From: Mobula hypostoma
Taxonomy: Eukaryota
Length of the DNA stretch: 64,000 nt
Direction: 5' to 3'
Assembly: GCF_963921235.1 (NCBI RefSeq)
Contig: NC_086097.1
Coordinates: 152,460,001-152,524,000 of the forward strand
Shown: piece after piece, positions 49,123 to 63,324 of the stretch
Position numbering within the stretch: the stretch's first letter is position 1
How the letters are laid out: every line of letters starts with the position of its first letter
Notes under the pieces: model-generated
What the model was told of the DNA's origin: nothing
What the model saw: only the letters and a program-made list of their open reading frames with translations
Database searches by the model: none
Program-made: the position numbers and the translations under genes

Positions 49123-49304
49123 TTTAGACTACCTTCAAATATAATTCTCTGTCTAAAAATTCATCCCAATATGATGGGTCCATAAATTTTATATGGTCTT
49201 TGTTGTGTTTTGTTTGCTGCTTCTGAAGTTTGTTACCTTTACAAGTAGAGTAGATATCGTGTTATGTGCTGCCAATAGGGGAGAACATTCTACGTTATTT
49301 TGGA

Positions 49305-49680
49305 ACATAGACCATAAGACCATGAGACATAGGAGCAAAATTAGGCCATATGGCCCACTGAGTCTGTTTCACCATTCAATCATGTCTGATTTATTATCCC
49401 TTCTCAACCCCATTCTCCTGACTTCTCCCTATAATCTTTGATTTAATCAAGAACCTATCAGTCTCTGTTTTAAATATACCTGATGACTTGGCTTCCACAG
49501 CTGTATGTGGCAATGAATTCCACAGATTTACCACCTTCTGCTAATGAAATTCTTCCTCATCTCTGTTTTAAAGGGACTTGATTCTATTCTGAGGCTGTGC
49601 CCTCTGGTCCTAGACTCCCTGCACTACAGAAAACCATCCTCTCCCCATCCACTCTGTCTAGGCCTTTCAATATTCATTGA
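49305..49680 (-). mobile_element. CR1 3' fragment
   Basis: Reverse complement resembles 55990-56282 and 60640-60942. Confidence 0.8.
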
Positions 49681-51621
49681 GATAGGAGTAGGGATTCTTT
49701 TCATTCTAAGTGGTGGACATCATTGGCAAGGTTGATATATTGCCCATTCCTATTGCCCTGAGAAAACCATGGTTAGCTTTAAGCTTCAGTCATTCAAGGT
49801 CACTTAAGGGTCAGCAACTTTAGTGTGAGGCTGGAGCCATATTTGGATCATTGCATCTCCTTCTCTGAAGTATTTCCATAAATAACGAAAAATACAGTTA
49901 ATGCAGAATTTATAACAAAAAGACATTCAGTATTACTAGGTTACTTATTTTACTTTCTCTTTTTTTTCTTTTTTTTCCGATGATATTTCAGAAAATAGAT
50001 TCCTTTATTCTCTCCCCCACTGATTCCTTGTGATCTGCTCTCCAAATATGGGATTTAAGTCCTCTGCAGCAGTCATCCATAGATAAAGCTAAACTTCCAG
50101 GAAACATACTTGCATTGTAATTAATAGTTAATACAAGTCTGGCTATTGTTATCACATTGCTAATTATGGGACCTTGTGTACATTTGGCTGCCACTATTTC
50201 TACACTAATAATTATACTTGAAAATTACTTAATTAGCTATTAATCACACTGGGACACCCTGAGGTTGCAAAAGCTGTTTTAGAGATGAAATTCCTTTTTT
50301 TTAATGAAGCATTTCAGTGTAATTCAGTCCACAACATTTATTGTATTTTGTTGCATCTCCACTCAGCTTCATAGAGATTTATTTTCCCTTTTTACCTGAT
50401 CTCTCTCCCTTGTGATACATTCTATTCTTGTGTGAATATGCTAAGCAAATAATATAGTTTTCTCGTAGTGAATCTCTCAGATTTACATACCTATGTAAAT
50501 AGGATGAGGTGGATCATTCATTGGGACTAGAACAGTTTTCCACGAGCACTCTCAAAGCAGCATTGGCTAGAGTATAAAGCTCGAGTTAGGTGTTTCCATA
50601 GAATGTATAGTCATATTAATATTCAGCCATTGGGTTTTATAACTTTGGAATCAACAGTAAGCAGGTAGTTGTTGCTAAATTATTGGTCAGGAAGATTAAT
50701 GTTTTCATGTGTTTAAGCAGACATCACCAATACTTAGGCTGTGTCATTAAATATTGGGCACCATTATGGATGGAGAGCCAGCAGGAGATCAGCTGAAGTC
50801 TCAGGTCAGATTTTGATGAATGATCTAGACTGACAATTTGGGCAGCACTGATTTGTTCAGTATGTTAGTAGCTTTTTTAAATTTTTGCTCCTGTCTTTCA
50901 CCATCCTATTTTTTAAGATGTTATTTCTTTGGGTTCTTCGCTGGCCTAATGGTATTCTTCCACATAATTATCTATTAACGTTATAATTTCTTATTCAGAC
51001 TGTGTGTTAATGGAATAAAGAACTGCCCACATTGAGCTTCCTACTGACTACACCATCTGGATCAAACACTCACTTGTACCCAGGAGTCCTGTTGCAAAGT
51101 CACTGGGCTTTGAACAATAAAAGGGTTGAACATGAGGCGTATCCACAGAAGACCCTGTTGGACATCTAGCAATCAAACAAATAGATGTAAATAATTAGAA
51201 AATATATAAAAAGAAGATATGTAGTTAAAACATCTTATGATCTTAGAAATAATTTTAACAATAAGATCATTTAAAATAAAGAAAAAAGTTGCATTCAGGG
51301 CTGGGAACTATTGTCAAACGAAGTGGCAGATAAAAGGCTGAGAGGACGATATGATACATGTCTGGTCTTCCCTATCCCTGTGGTGAGTTCAGGGATGGAG
51401 TTGAAGTCATGTGCTTTTGGCATTTCAATGCAGGGTGTGGATGTCAAGGGGTGAAATGATCCTTCAGAAGGCATTGCTGGCAGTTGACCAAGGAACCACT
51501 GACCTGTCTGTATATGATGTAACCCTGTAGGGCACTGGGATCTCTGTGATGTTATTGGACTCTGATGCATATATGTTGAAAATGATTACATCAGCATTGA
51601 ATGTGTATTGTTATTGCTGTT

Positions 51622-51870
51622 TCTTACTTACTTAAGCCCACCACCCCTACTGGGGCATAGGCTGCTGACAACAACTTGCCAGAGTCCTCTGTCCTGGGCC
51701 AGTCCTTCAAATTGTCTGCAGGTGTAGTGCTTCTGTAAAGATCATTCTTCTGCCAGGGAAAAGGTCTTTGGAGATTCCACTGACTTTTCTGGAGTTCTGG
51801 ATGGAGTTGCTAAACCCATGCGCAATCCTCCTCCTTTCATAGGGGGTTTGGAACAATCCATGGCAAAGTC
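51622..51870 (-). mobile_element. RTE-like LINE 3' end with (TAAG)n tail
   Basis: Minus strand GCCCAGGACAGAGGACTCTGG (AQDRGLW)...CCTATGCCCC...TAAGTAAGTAAG. Confidence 0.6.
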
Positions 51871-52919
51871 ATAATTTTTGGGGGATGAGGCCAAAATCTT
51901 GGCCCACCAACTTCAGAGAGATCTTAGTATTTTAACCATCCATTTGCTTGTCTTTTGACAGGTAACTGCAGTGGAAAATATCGCCAGTCTTGAGAGAGAT
52001 TCACATGGAACTCCAACTCTGCTCTAGTGAAAGTCTTACATAAATTCTTCATTGCATCTCAGTGAAGTGACTTTCTCAAAGATATGTTTTATTAGGCTTA
52101 AAGGTCAGATTTAAAAATAACAATCATTAATGTAAAGTGCATACAACAATGGAATAACTATTCCATCAAAATTAGTATGCAGATAATTTTACAAATCAAT
52201 CATCTTCACAGCTTTACTGAGTGATATGGATTGGGCTATATTTAGGCAAATTAATGATTTGGCAAACTAATGTTAGCAAGCTGATTAAGAACTAAATTAT
52301 ATATTGTCTTTAACTCAGGGTGGAAAGTTGTTTTAAAGATGGTATGTTCTCTGCGCGGATAGTATCAGTAGTATCAATCTTTATTTTTTCTACTTGCCCT
52401 CACTTCATTTAATGTCCTTGAATCCTGCCCTTCTTTAAAAACTCCCTGCATATGAACTCTCCCACATAAATTCATGGACATCTTGACATTGCCAGTTCTT
52501 ATGGCCTTTTTTATTTTGTGGTGTTGATTTCTGCACTTCATTTTCCAAACTCATCTTCCAGATTCAACAATGCATTCAAAAATTTCAGACGATTAGCTGC
52601 CTTATTGCAGGCTTTCAGCAGTCACTCCACAATTCTCTATAATTTTAGATAATTATTTTACATTCATACCTCCTCCACAATGCTTTTTCTGTTCCCCAAA
52701 CCCTCTTCATCTTCAAACTCTCCTTCTATACCTTATGATAGAGCTTCACTTGTGCTATCTTCTCCTTTCACCTATTCTCTGCATTTCAAAACTATTTTTT
52801 AAACTCTTATTATTCCATTTTTGATGAAAGTCTGGAAATTGGATACTGTTTCCTTTTGAGCAGATGCTGCCTATCTTGCTGAATGTTCCCAGCAGTTTCC
52901 CTTTTTATATGACATTTTA

Positions 52920-53235
52920 ATCTGCAGAGTTTAGAAGTGTAAGAGATTACCTCACTAAGACACATAAATCCCCAAAGAGCTCAATAGGATAAATGCAGGG
53001 ATGATGTTTGGCAGTTAAGAGCTCTAGAACTAAAGATCAATTTAAGGGTGGCTCATTGACAAATGAAATAAGAGCTTTTCCACTCAGTGTGGTGAACCCT
53101 TGGAACTTTTCTACCCCACAGTGTTTTGGAGTCTCAGAATCTGAGTTCGCTCAGAAGTCAGATCAGCCTTGATTTTAATAAATGACAAAAATGCTCAAGA
53201 TCGAACAGGACTATTCCTGCTCTTATTTCTTATGC
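52920..53235 (+). mobile_element. Decayed CR1 3' fragment
   Basis: GAGTTTAGAAG...GTGGTGAACCCTTGGAAC...CCTGCTCTTATTTCTTATG. Confidence 0.55.
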
Positions 53236-53392
53236 TGTGTTTAAAAAAAACCTTTATCTTCCACATCAGGAATATTTTGGAGAACAAACAAAACTTATTT
53301 TCTTCTTAACCAACTATCTCTCCAGCTTCTGCCCTGTTCACTCAAATGCCCCTTCAACAGCACACTCCTGGTTCTTTAAACTTAATAACTAT

Positions 53393-54254
53393 TGTTACGT
53401 ACCCCGTAACTGGGTTGCCAAACCAGCAGAAATGGATCACTCAGTTGGAGTCTGGAGTACTAGAACTAAGAAAGTTTTATTAAAGAAACAAGCAACACAG
53501 TAATCGAAAGGATAATAAATGCAACAATTCAACAATGATAACCACACATGTGCACAGAATTAAGATAACAGCATCAATCAAGCTCTATCGTTGTCTAGGG
53601 GTAAATGACCAATTTCAAAATGACTCAAAGTTCAGTCCAGTTAGTAGTTCAGTTCGCAGTAATCGTTGCCATGGCGATGGACAAGGTGGGGGAAGAGAGA
53701 CAGAGAGAACAGGAACAACTCATCATTCAGCACAGCTTCACTCACAGACCAGCGAGATTGCTCACGAGCAACTTTTGGGCGGGTCCTTGGTGATGTCACC
53801 TGAGGTCACCGACTGTGACCCCTCCTCCAGATGCGGTCGATCCTCTGCAGTGAACCCGGCACCCAGGCAAGGGCGGACACACACCGGGTTCCCGCTGATC
53901 GTACCTTTCCACCCTTGTCGTTGTCTGATACTTCTCACCCACTCGTGAGAGGCGCACCGCTTCCAGGGTCTCGTTACCTCGGGTGGCGTGTGTGTCCTGT
54001 CTTAGCGAACCTGTCCCTTTTTATCCCCCTGCTGGGGTATCGCCTGTCCATCACTTCAAACAGTTCAGGGTTCAAAGGGGGGAGCCGCTCCAGACAGCTC
54101 TCTCTCCCACATCCCTTCATTACACATCTCCAGACGCTGCTCCATTGTTCCTTATCTCTCCTTCCCCTGAGGGCAGGTGGCAGACCAACTGCTGATGCCA
54201 CTGATGCTAGCCCAGGCCAGCAAACATCTTAATTTTATGTGTATTCTCGTAACA
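53393..54254 (-). mobile_element. 862-bp solo LTR, probably young
   Basis: Perfect terminal inverted TGTTACG...CGTAACA; perfect 4-bp TSD CTAT at 53389-53392 and 54255-54258; minus-strand TATA-like GATAAAAA at about 54018-54025 and AATAAA at about 53476-53481; CpG-rich. Confidence 0.9.
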
Positions 54255-54757
54255 CTATTGCTATATCTCCCTTCATTTTGATGATCAAGTCAAACCTGTT
54301 CCAGGCTCAGCTACCCTTGATTTATATTTTGTTACCTCTTCATGCTCATCTTGTTCAAGAAATTCACCTCCTGCTTCCTTGATCCTATAACTATTAAACT
54401 GCTGATCAATCCTCTTTCCTGGAGAGTTCAACCATCTCTATTCACACATAACAGTGAACAATTAAGTCTACGATGGGAAAATTATTCAATCTAGTCTTTA
54501 TCCTATCTGTAAGTTGATGCATTTTCTCAGTTGCTCGTCTCCATCATAATAAAATCAATGTGATCTACTTTCCTCATTAAAAATACAAAATATACATACG
54601 CTGTCTCCATTCCACCTTTGAACTTGCAAATTTTGAGCTTACAGAGATAATGACCTTCTCATCTTTACACTGAAGGTATTCTCAATGAGCTGAATGGCAC
54701 TAAGGCTACACTGAATAAGATTAATTCAGGATATATTTAACAGTTCAAAACTGAGAA

Positions 54758-56282
54758 TAGATGGACCAGATGGACTACACTCCAGGGTTCCGAAAGAGGT
54801 AACTGAAGAGACTGTGCAAGCATTTGCAATGATCTTTCTAGAATCAATTGATTTTGGAGTGGTTCTGAAGGAGTAGGAAATTGCAAATGTCACTCCACTC
54901 TTCAAGAAGGGAGAAAGGCATAAGTAAGGAAATTATAGGCCAGTTAGCCCGACTTCAACTGTTGGAAAGATGTTGAAGTTGATTATTAAGGATGTGGTCT
55001 TGGAGTACTTGGAGGCACATGGTAAAACAGGCCAAAGTCTGCTTGGATTCCTTAAGGGAAAACCTTGCCTGACAAATCTGCTAGAATTCTTTGAGGGACA
55101 AACAAGTAGGATAGACAAGGGTGAATTTGTGGATTTAATGCACTTGGATTTTGACAGGGACTTTGACAAGATGCCAAACATGAGGCTGCTTAACAAGATA
55201 AATGCCCATGGTATTACAATAAAGATATTAGCATGGAGAGAGCATTGGCTAATAGATAGGAGGCAAAGAGTGAGAGAGCCTTTTCTGGGCAGTTGCCTGT
55301 GAAGTGGAATTCTTCAGGGATCTGTGTTGGACTGATTGTTTTCATGTTATGTGTTAATGATTCAGCTGATGGAATTGATGGCTTTGTGGCCAAGTTTACA
55401 GACAAAATGAAGATAAGTGGAGGGGCAATTAGTGCTGAGGAAGCAGGGAGGTGCAGAAGGGCTAAAACAGATTAGGAGAAAGGGCAAAGAAGTGGCAATT
55501 GGAGTACAGTGTCAGGAAGTGTATGGTTATGCCCTTTAGTAGAAGGAATCAAAGTGCAGATTATTTTCTAAACAGACAGAAAATTCAAAAATCTGAGGTG
55601 CAAAAGGATTTGGCAGTCCTTACGTAGGATTCCCTAAAGGTTAATTTGCAGGTTGAGTCAGTGATGAGGAAGGCAAATGCAATGTTAGCATTCATTTCAG
55701 GAGGACTAGAATATAAAAGCAAGGATGTAATATTGAAGCTTTATAAGGTACTAGTGAAGCCTCACTTGGAGTATTGTGAGCAGTTTTGGGCCACTTACTT
55801 AAGAAAAGATTGCTGACATTGGAGAGGCTTCAGAGGAGGTTCACGAAAATGTTTCCAGGATTGAAATGCTTGTGTATTGAGAAGTGACTGCTGCCTCTGG
55901 TCCTTTACTCACTGGAATTTAGAAAAATGAGGGGGATCACATTGTTACCTGTTGAATGCTGAAAGGCTTAGATAGTGTTTCCTATGGCAGTGGAGTCTAG
56001 GACAAGAGGGCACAGCCTCAGAATAGAGGGATATCCATTTAGAACAGAGATGAGGAGAAATGTCTGCAGCCAGAGGGTGGGGATCTGTGGATGCCGGGTC
56101 ATTGGATGTATATAAAATGAAGGTTGGTACATTTTTGATTAGCCAGTGCATGAAAGATTACAGAGAAAAGGCAGAGGAATGGGATTGAGAGAGAAATGGA
56201 CAAGCCATGATGGGATGGCAGAATAGACTCAATGGACTGAATGGCCTAATTCTGCTCCTATGTCTTATAATCTTATGGTCTT
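54758..56282 (+). mobile_element. Decayed CR1 LINE (RT to 3' end)
   Basis: GFLKGKPCLTNLLEFFE...LDFDRDFDKMP; tail TGTCTTATAATCTTATGGTCTT. Confidence 0.9.
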
Positions 56283-57019
56283 CTGGCCCCATCTATGGAA
56301 ACCACACAGACCACATATGCACTAAGCTGTAGAGCAGAAGGGAAAACAAAATTATCATATTGCAGGTATTAAATCAAAGCTTTGGAACCAATTATAAATC
56401 TGGTCATGGATGCAGGCACCCAGATAAACAATTAACAGGTTGGTATGCTCCATAAAAAAATCTGTCCTAAAAAGAGGGGAAACCTTGTATCAGAATGTAA
56501 AAGTCAAAGCTGAAAATTTTGCAAAGTCTTCAACCAATGTGCTGTGTAGTATTTATTGGCTTCCTCCTGAGAACCCATTATCACAGAAGCTAGGTTATCA
56601 GCCAATTCAATTGATTTTATATGGTACCAGGATATGACTGAATGCATATGATACAGCAAAGGCTACAGGTCTCCTCAAACATTAATGAACATTTACTCAG
56701 TCCAATGAATTCAAAGTTTTCATTTTCTCCTGATACAACCATTTTTTTTGTCAGGATTTTAAGAACTTAATGTACATTCTCAAATTAATTATCATTGAAA
56801 GCTTCTGGGTTAATATACCAAAACTTCAATTCAGCACTAAATTGAGAATCTCATTCAGAAGTCCTGTTAAATTTATAGTTTGTTAGGGATTACTAACCCG
56901 AGTGGGACTGAGGAATACCAGCAGTACAGGCTCAGGTTAACATTAGCTTATATCAGGTGTGCTGACCTTGATGGCCCAAATAGAAATAGATCAACCGCTC
57001 AAGAATAGAGACATGAGAG

Positions 57020-57118
57020 ACTGTTGGAGGAACTGCTGGAGGAACTCAATAGGTCAAGCAGCATCTGTGGAGGCAAAGGGGTGGTTGATGTTTCCGGGCA
57101 AGATCCTGTTTCAGGACC
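57020..57118 (-). mobile_element. Decayed PLE 3'-end/hammerhead relic
   Basis: Minus strand GGTC-CTGAAAC-AGGATCTTGCCCG-GAAACATC-AACC...AGATGCTGCTTGACCTATTGAGTTCCTCCAGCA. Confidence 0.6.
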
Positions 57119-57859
57119 CGTTAGCGGTGAGAAGTTGTTTGATCTTTTTTCATAAAATAAATAGAGGTCTCTGACATTTTCCTGATGTTTTCTCAACCTG
57201 GAAAATTGATTATTTAGCCAACTTTTTAGTGTTTGCTTGGTAATCGCATTTCTACAGCTCCCAATAGTAAACATTTCCTAAGATTAACAAGCTTTGTGAA
57301 GGGTTATCATTTATTTCAGTAGTAAGTGGTCAACCCCTGACCGTGCCATAAAAGAAGAATTATCATAGCAGATTAACTGGTGTACTATTAAGAAATATTT
57401 GAATCTTTTTTCAAGGCTACACAGAGTTTCAGTTGTTCATCTCTGCATAATAACATTTGTAATCCCTTCACTCTGATCACAATGAAGCAGCATGAGTAAT
57501 CTTGCAGAAACTTAAAAGGAGTCATTATCAATTTTCCACAAAAGAAGGTCACTTGAGGTTAATTGCAATTTAGTAGGAAAAGTAGACTTGGACAGTTTAA
57601 GTTAGCAGCACTAGCAGATGTGTTATTAAAGGGAAGTACATATATACAATTATTGTAGACAGATGGTTAATGTGTCAAAGGAATAACCAGATGAAATATG
57701 TTTTGAATTAAAGAATTAATTTGAGCATTCTGTTTCATATTTTTAATTTATTTCAAATTACGTTCCATAAACTCCTGAGTAACCCTCTGTAAATCATATA
57801 TTTGACTGAATAGAATCAGACTAACCCAATACATACACAGATTTAGAAGGATCTTGGTT

Positions 57860-58110
57860 ATTCATTGGACTCCGGTTAATTGGGCCATTAATTAATCGGT
57901 ACCTCTGTTTATTTAGGGTAACACTTAAAGAACAAAATCTAATAGAGAAAATAGCTGGGATTTTCTTTGTTTATTTGGGACACTATGCCATTTAATTGAG
58001 ACAGGAGACTGATGACTAAGTTTCTAACTAGTGCCAGTTGCATGCGCTTGAGTGGTCGTTAAAATCTATGCAGTGATTAAAGAAAACAGTTTTAAATAGT
58101 GTCAGTTGTG
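57860..58110. mobile_element. Possible Tc1/pogo-type MITE end
   Basis: CATTGGACTCCGGTTAATTGGG resembles CAGTGGACTC-type TIRs, with sub-terminal AATTGGG/ATTTGGGAC repeats; second end not found. Confidence 0.35.
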
Positions 58111-58117
58111 TGTGTTA

Positions 58118-60942
58118 GGGTGAATACAAGACTAAAGGTGTTATATTTGAATGCATGCAGTATATGGAATAAGGTCGATGATTTGCAGATGTGATGTTGT
58201 AGGCACCACTGAATCATGGCTGAAAGAAGATTGTAGCTGGAAGCTTTATGTCCAAGGAGTCACATTGTATCAAAAGGACAGGTAGGAAAGCAGAGGGAGT
58301 GTTATTGCTCTGTTGGTAAAAAATTAAATCAAAGCATTAGAAGGAGGTTGACCCATGGTCAGAAGGTGTTGAGTCATTGTGGAAAAAAGACGCTAATGGG
58401 AGTTGTACACACACCCCCAAACAGTAGTAAGGATGTGGTCTATAAATTACTGTGGGCGATAGAAAATGCATATCAAAAGGGCAATGATACAATAGTCATG
58501 TGGGACTTCAATATGCAGATAGAAAATCAGATTGGAGCTTGATTCCAGGAGCGGAAATTTCTAGAGTGTCTATGAGATAGCTTTTAGAGCAGGTCATGGT
58601 TGAGTAAACTAGGGGATCAACTATTCAGGATTGGGTGTTGTACAATGAACCAGAATTGAGCAGAGAGATTAAGGTAAAAGAACCTATGGGGGAGAGTGAT
58701 CACGAAATGATCAAATTCACCCTGAAATTTGAGGAGATGTATTAGTATTACAGTGGAGTAAAGGGAATTACAGATGCATGGGAGAGGTGTTGGCCAGAAT
58801 TGATGGGAAGGGAACATTGCCAGGAAAGACAGCAGAACAGCAATGCTTCTAATTTCTGAAAGCAATTCAGAAGGCACAGGATATATACATCCCAAAGAAG
58901 AAATATTCTAATGGAAAGATGACACAACGGTGGCTAATAAGAGAAGTCAAAGCCAACATAAAAGCCAAACAGAGGGCATATAATAGAGCAAAAACTAGTG
59001 CTAAATTGGAGGATTGGGAAGCTTTTAAAAACCATCAGAAGGCAACCAAGATGTCCGTATGAAGGTAAAGAGGGAACACAAAAGTAAGCAAGCCAATAAT
59101 AATAAAGAAGATTCCCAAAGTTTCTGCAGATACATAAAATATAAAAGGGAGGCAAGAGTAGATATCGGACTGCTGGAAAATTATGCTAGAGAGGTAGTAT
59201 TGGTGGACAAGTAAATGGCGGATGAACTAAATAAGTATCTTGCATCAATCTTCACTGTGGAAGACACGAACAATATGGTGGAAGTTCTGAGTGTCGGGGA
59301 TCATGAAGTGTGTGAAGTTACCATTACTATAGAGAAGGTTCTTCGGAAACTGAAAGGTCTGAAATCAGGTAAATCAACTGGACCACATGGTGTACATCCC
59401 AGCGTTTTGAAAGAGGTGGCTAAGGAGATTGTGGTGGGATTAGCAATATCTTTAAAGAATCACTAGGATCTGGCATGGTTCCAGAAGATTGGAAAATTGC
59501 AAATGTCACTCCACTCTTCAAGAAGAAAGGCAGAAGAAAGGAAACTATAAGCCAGTTAGTCTGAACTCAGTGGTTGGGAAAATGTTGGAGCCTATTATTA
59601 AGGATGATATCTCAGGGTACTTGGAGACACATGGTAAAACATGCTGTAATCAGCATAGTTTCCTCAAGGGAAAATCCTGCCTGACAAATCTGTTGTAATT
59701 CTTTGAAGAAATAACAAGCATGATAGACAAGGGAGAATCAGTTGATGTTGTGTGTTTGGATTTTCAGAATGCCTTTGACAAGCTGCCACACATGAGGCTG
59801 CTTAACAAGCAATGAGCCCATCGTATTACAGGAAAGATTCTAGCATGGATAAAGCAGTGGCTGATTGGCAGGGGGCAAAGAGTGGAAACAAAAGAAGCTT
59901 TTTCTGATTGGCTATCATTCTGATTAGTAATGTTCCACATGGATCTGTGTTGGAAATGATTCTTTTTACATTATATAACAATAATTTGGATGATGGAATT
60001 GATGGGTCTGTTGCAAATTTTGTAGGCAATATGTCGATAAGTGGAGAGTCAGGTAGTTTTGAAGAAGTAGAGAGGCTACAGAAGGACTTAGACAGATTAG
60101 GAAAATGGGCAAAGAAAAGGCAGATGGAACACAGAGTCGGGAACTGTAGGTTCATTTACTTTGGTAGAAGAAATGAAAGGGTTGACTATTTTCTAAATGG
60201 AGAGAAAATACAAAAAAAAACTGAGGTGCAAAAGGACTGTGGAGTCCTTGAGCAGGATTCTCTAAAGGTTAATTTGCAGGTTGTATCTGTGGTTAGGAAG
60301 GCAAAAGAGATAATATCATTCATTTCAAGTGAACTAGAATATGAAAGCAAGGATGTAATGTTGAGACTTTATAAAACATAATCAGGACTCAGAGTATTGT
60401 GAGCAGGTTTTGGCCCTTATCTTAGAAAGGATGTGCTGATATTGGAGAGGGTTCAAAGCAGTTTTATGAAAATGATTCCAGGATTGAATGGCTTGTCACA
60501 TGAACAGCATTTAATGGCTCTGGGCAAGTATCCATTAGAATTCAGAAGAATGAGGGGTGACCTAATTGAAACCTATCAAATGGTGAAAGGCCTTGATAGA
60601 GTGGATGTGGAGAGGATGTTTTCTATGGTGGAAGAGGCTCAGAGAACTCAGCCTCAGAATAGAGGGTTGCCATTCTAGAACAGAGATGAGGAGGAATTTC
60701 TTTATTGAGAAAGTGGTGAATCTGTGGAATTCTTTGCCACAGGCAACTGTGGAAGCCAACTCTTTATGTATATTTAAGGCAGAGGTTGATAGATCCTTGA
60801 CTGGTCTGGGCATGAAGTGATGTGGAAAGGAGGCAGGAGATTGGAGCTGAGAGAAAAATTGGATTGGCCATGATGAAATGTCAGAGCAGAACTGATAAGC
60901 CAAATTGCCTAACTCTGCTCCTATAATTCATGGTCTTATGGA
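58118..60942 (+). mobile_element. Near full-ORF2 CR1 LINE, decayed
   Basis: TTATATTTGAATGCATGCAGTATA (YLNACSI), WDFN, GESDH, KSTGPHG, GNYKPVSL, PHGSVL; tail ATGGTCTTATGG. Confidence 0.92.
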
Positions 60943-60944
60943 CT

Positions 60945-63075
60945 AAATGTAGGTAAGCTGATTAATATGTCTGCAAGTGACACTATTATTGGACATAATT
61001 GTGGACAGTGAGAAAGGTTGTCATAGGATTTAACTGTATATTGTTCAGATGGAAATGTGCGTAAAAAAAAAGGAAGATGACATTAGGAGCATTGGGAGTA
61101 TCAATGTACCAATGGATACTGGGATGCAAGTCCATAACTATTTGAAAGTGGTTACATTAGTAAAGAAAAAAGCATGCAGAATACTTGTCTTCATTGGTCA
61201 GGGTGCTGAATATAAAATTGAAAATTCAGGTTCTGCTATATAAAACTGTTGTCAGGTCATCTTTGGAATATTGTATGCCTAGCAGGAAGGATGTGGAGAC
61301 TTTGGAGAGGGTGCAGAATAGGTTGACAAAGATGTTTCCTGGATTAAAGAGTATTACCTATAAGAAGAGGTTAGATGAAATTGGCTTCTTTTTCTGGAGA
61401 TCTGAAGGCTGTGAGGATACCTGATAGAAATATATAAAATCATGAGAAGTATAGTTAAAGTCAGCATGGTTTTTGTAAAAGGAAATCTTGCCTGATGAAC
61501 CTGTTAGAATTCTTTGAGGAAGTAACAAGCAGTGTGGACAAAGGAGAATTTTGGAAGGCATTTGACAAGGTGCCTCACATGAGGCTGCTTAACAAGATAA
61601 ATCGTATGGTGTTTCAGGAGATATACTGGCATGGATAGATAAATGGTTGACAGGCAGGAGGCAGAAAATGGGAATTAAGAGGGCCTTTTCTGGTTGGCTG
61701 CCAGTTACTGGTGGTGTTCCTCAGAGGTCAGCATTGGGACTGCTACTTTTCATCTTGTTTGTCAATGATTTAGATAATGGAATTGATGGCTTTGGGGCAA
61801 AGTTTGTAGATGATACAAAGATAGGTGGAGGGATAGGTAGTGCTGTGGAAGCAAAGTGTGTCGTCAGGGGAGATGGAAGATCTATGGCTGTGTGTCCAGG
61901 GACCCGAGATCTTTGGGCACAGAGCTCGAAAACAGTGATGTAATGGACTTTTAACATTGTAAAGCAGTGACTTGTTTGTTATGACTCCCCCCTCACTATG
62001 AAACAGAGACATCTCTTTCTCCCTTAGTATGTCGAATACCAGGTGAACAAGTAGTTTTTGGAGTATTGCAAGTCTGTGTCTTTACTGTTGCTTTTCTCCT
62101 GCTCGAGTGCTCTGTGGCGAGTGCTGATGCTTTTTTTTTAACCAGTGGGGGAAGGAAGTTGTTGCTTGCTGCTACCTTCGCATGGGAGAGAGAGGAGTTG
62201 GGGGGACTTTAGGGTTCTAACATTTAATTGTCATTCATTCTTTGGGGCACTCCTCTGTTTTTGTTGATGGTTGTGAAGAAAAAGCATTTCAGGACATATA
62301 TTGTATACATTTCTCTGACATTAAATGTACTTTTGAAACCTATCGAATGTTGAAAGGACTAGATAAGGTGGATGTGGAGATGATGTTTCCTCTGGTGGGG
62401 GTATCCAGAACTAGTGGACACAGCATCAAAAACGAGGGGTGACCTTATAGAACAGAAATAAGGAAGACATTTTTTTTGTCAAAAGTCGTGAATCTGTGGA
62501 ATGTTCTGCCACAGACTATGGTGGAAGCCATGACTGTGAGTATATTCAAAGTGGAAGTTGATAGTTTTCTGATTGGTCAGGGCATCAAGGGATATGGTGA
62601 GAGGGCAGATGAATGGGGTTGAATGGGATCCAGGATCTGCCATGATTAAATGGCAGAGCAGTCTCGATGGGCTGAATGGCCTAATTCTGTTCCTATGTCT
62701 TGTGCTTCTATGGTCTTATAGTCGTAGATGGGTAAATAATGAAAGTATTTTTCCCATGATGAAAATGTCAGATAATAGAGGGATAGAGGGCCAAACTTTT
62801 AGATGAGAAGGAGAAAATTTAAAAACGATTCATATGACAAGTTCTTTACATGGAGTTTGACAGGTGCCTGAAATGTATTCTCAGGGGAAGTGGTAGAAGC
62901 AGATATGATAGCAACATTCAAGAGGAATTTAGGCAGGCACATGAGCAGGCAATGACATAGACCATGTGAAGGTGAGTAGGACTAGTCTGAATTGGCATTA
63001 TGGTCAGCACAGATAATGTGTGTGAATGGCAATGTTCGTATCTGGTGCTCTTCTGTTTTCCATGTCCTATGTTCT
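60945..63075 (+). mobile_element. Nested cluster: old CR1 (about 60945-61455 and 62723-63075) containing a CR1 (about 61456-62718), which contains a non-LTR 3' fragment (about 61856-62338)
   Basis: Outer LERVQNRLTKMFPGLKSITYKKRL resumes after 62722; inner FSGWLPVTGGVPQ...KFVDDTKIGGG; TATAGT at both junctions of the inner CR1. Confidence 0.75.
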
Positions 63076-63324
63076 ATAAGGCAACCTGTTTCCTGTTCAG
63101 AAATCCATACTAGAAATATCAAAGTGCAAACATTCATCGAGAGTGGGATTATTTAAAATGGACAGTGGAACTATAAGAAGTGCAGTCAACCATTAGATTC
63201 CATGGCAGAATAAAGATATTTATTTGAAATGGTGGAATAACTGCAATTCCAGCAATCTGTTATATTTAATATTCTTCCCTGGTGGATACTGATCTTTTTG
63301 TTGATCTCCACATGAATGCTGGAA

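Noticed and set aside
53535..54232. 133-137 aa ORFs
   Set aside because: They lie inside a GC-richer solo LTR and show no recognisable domain.
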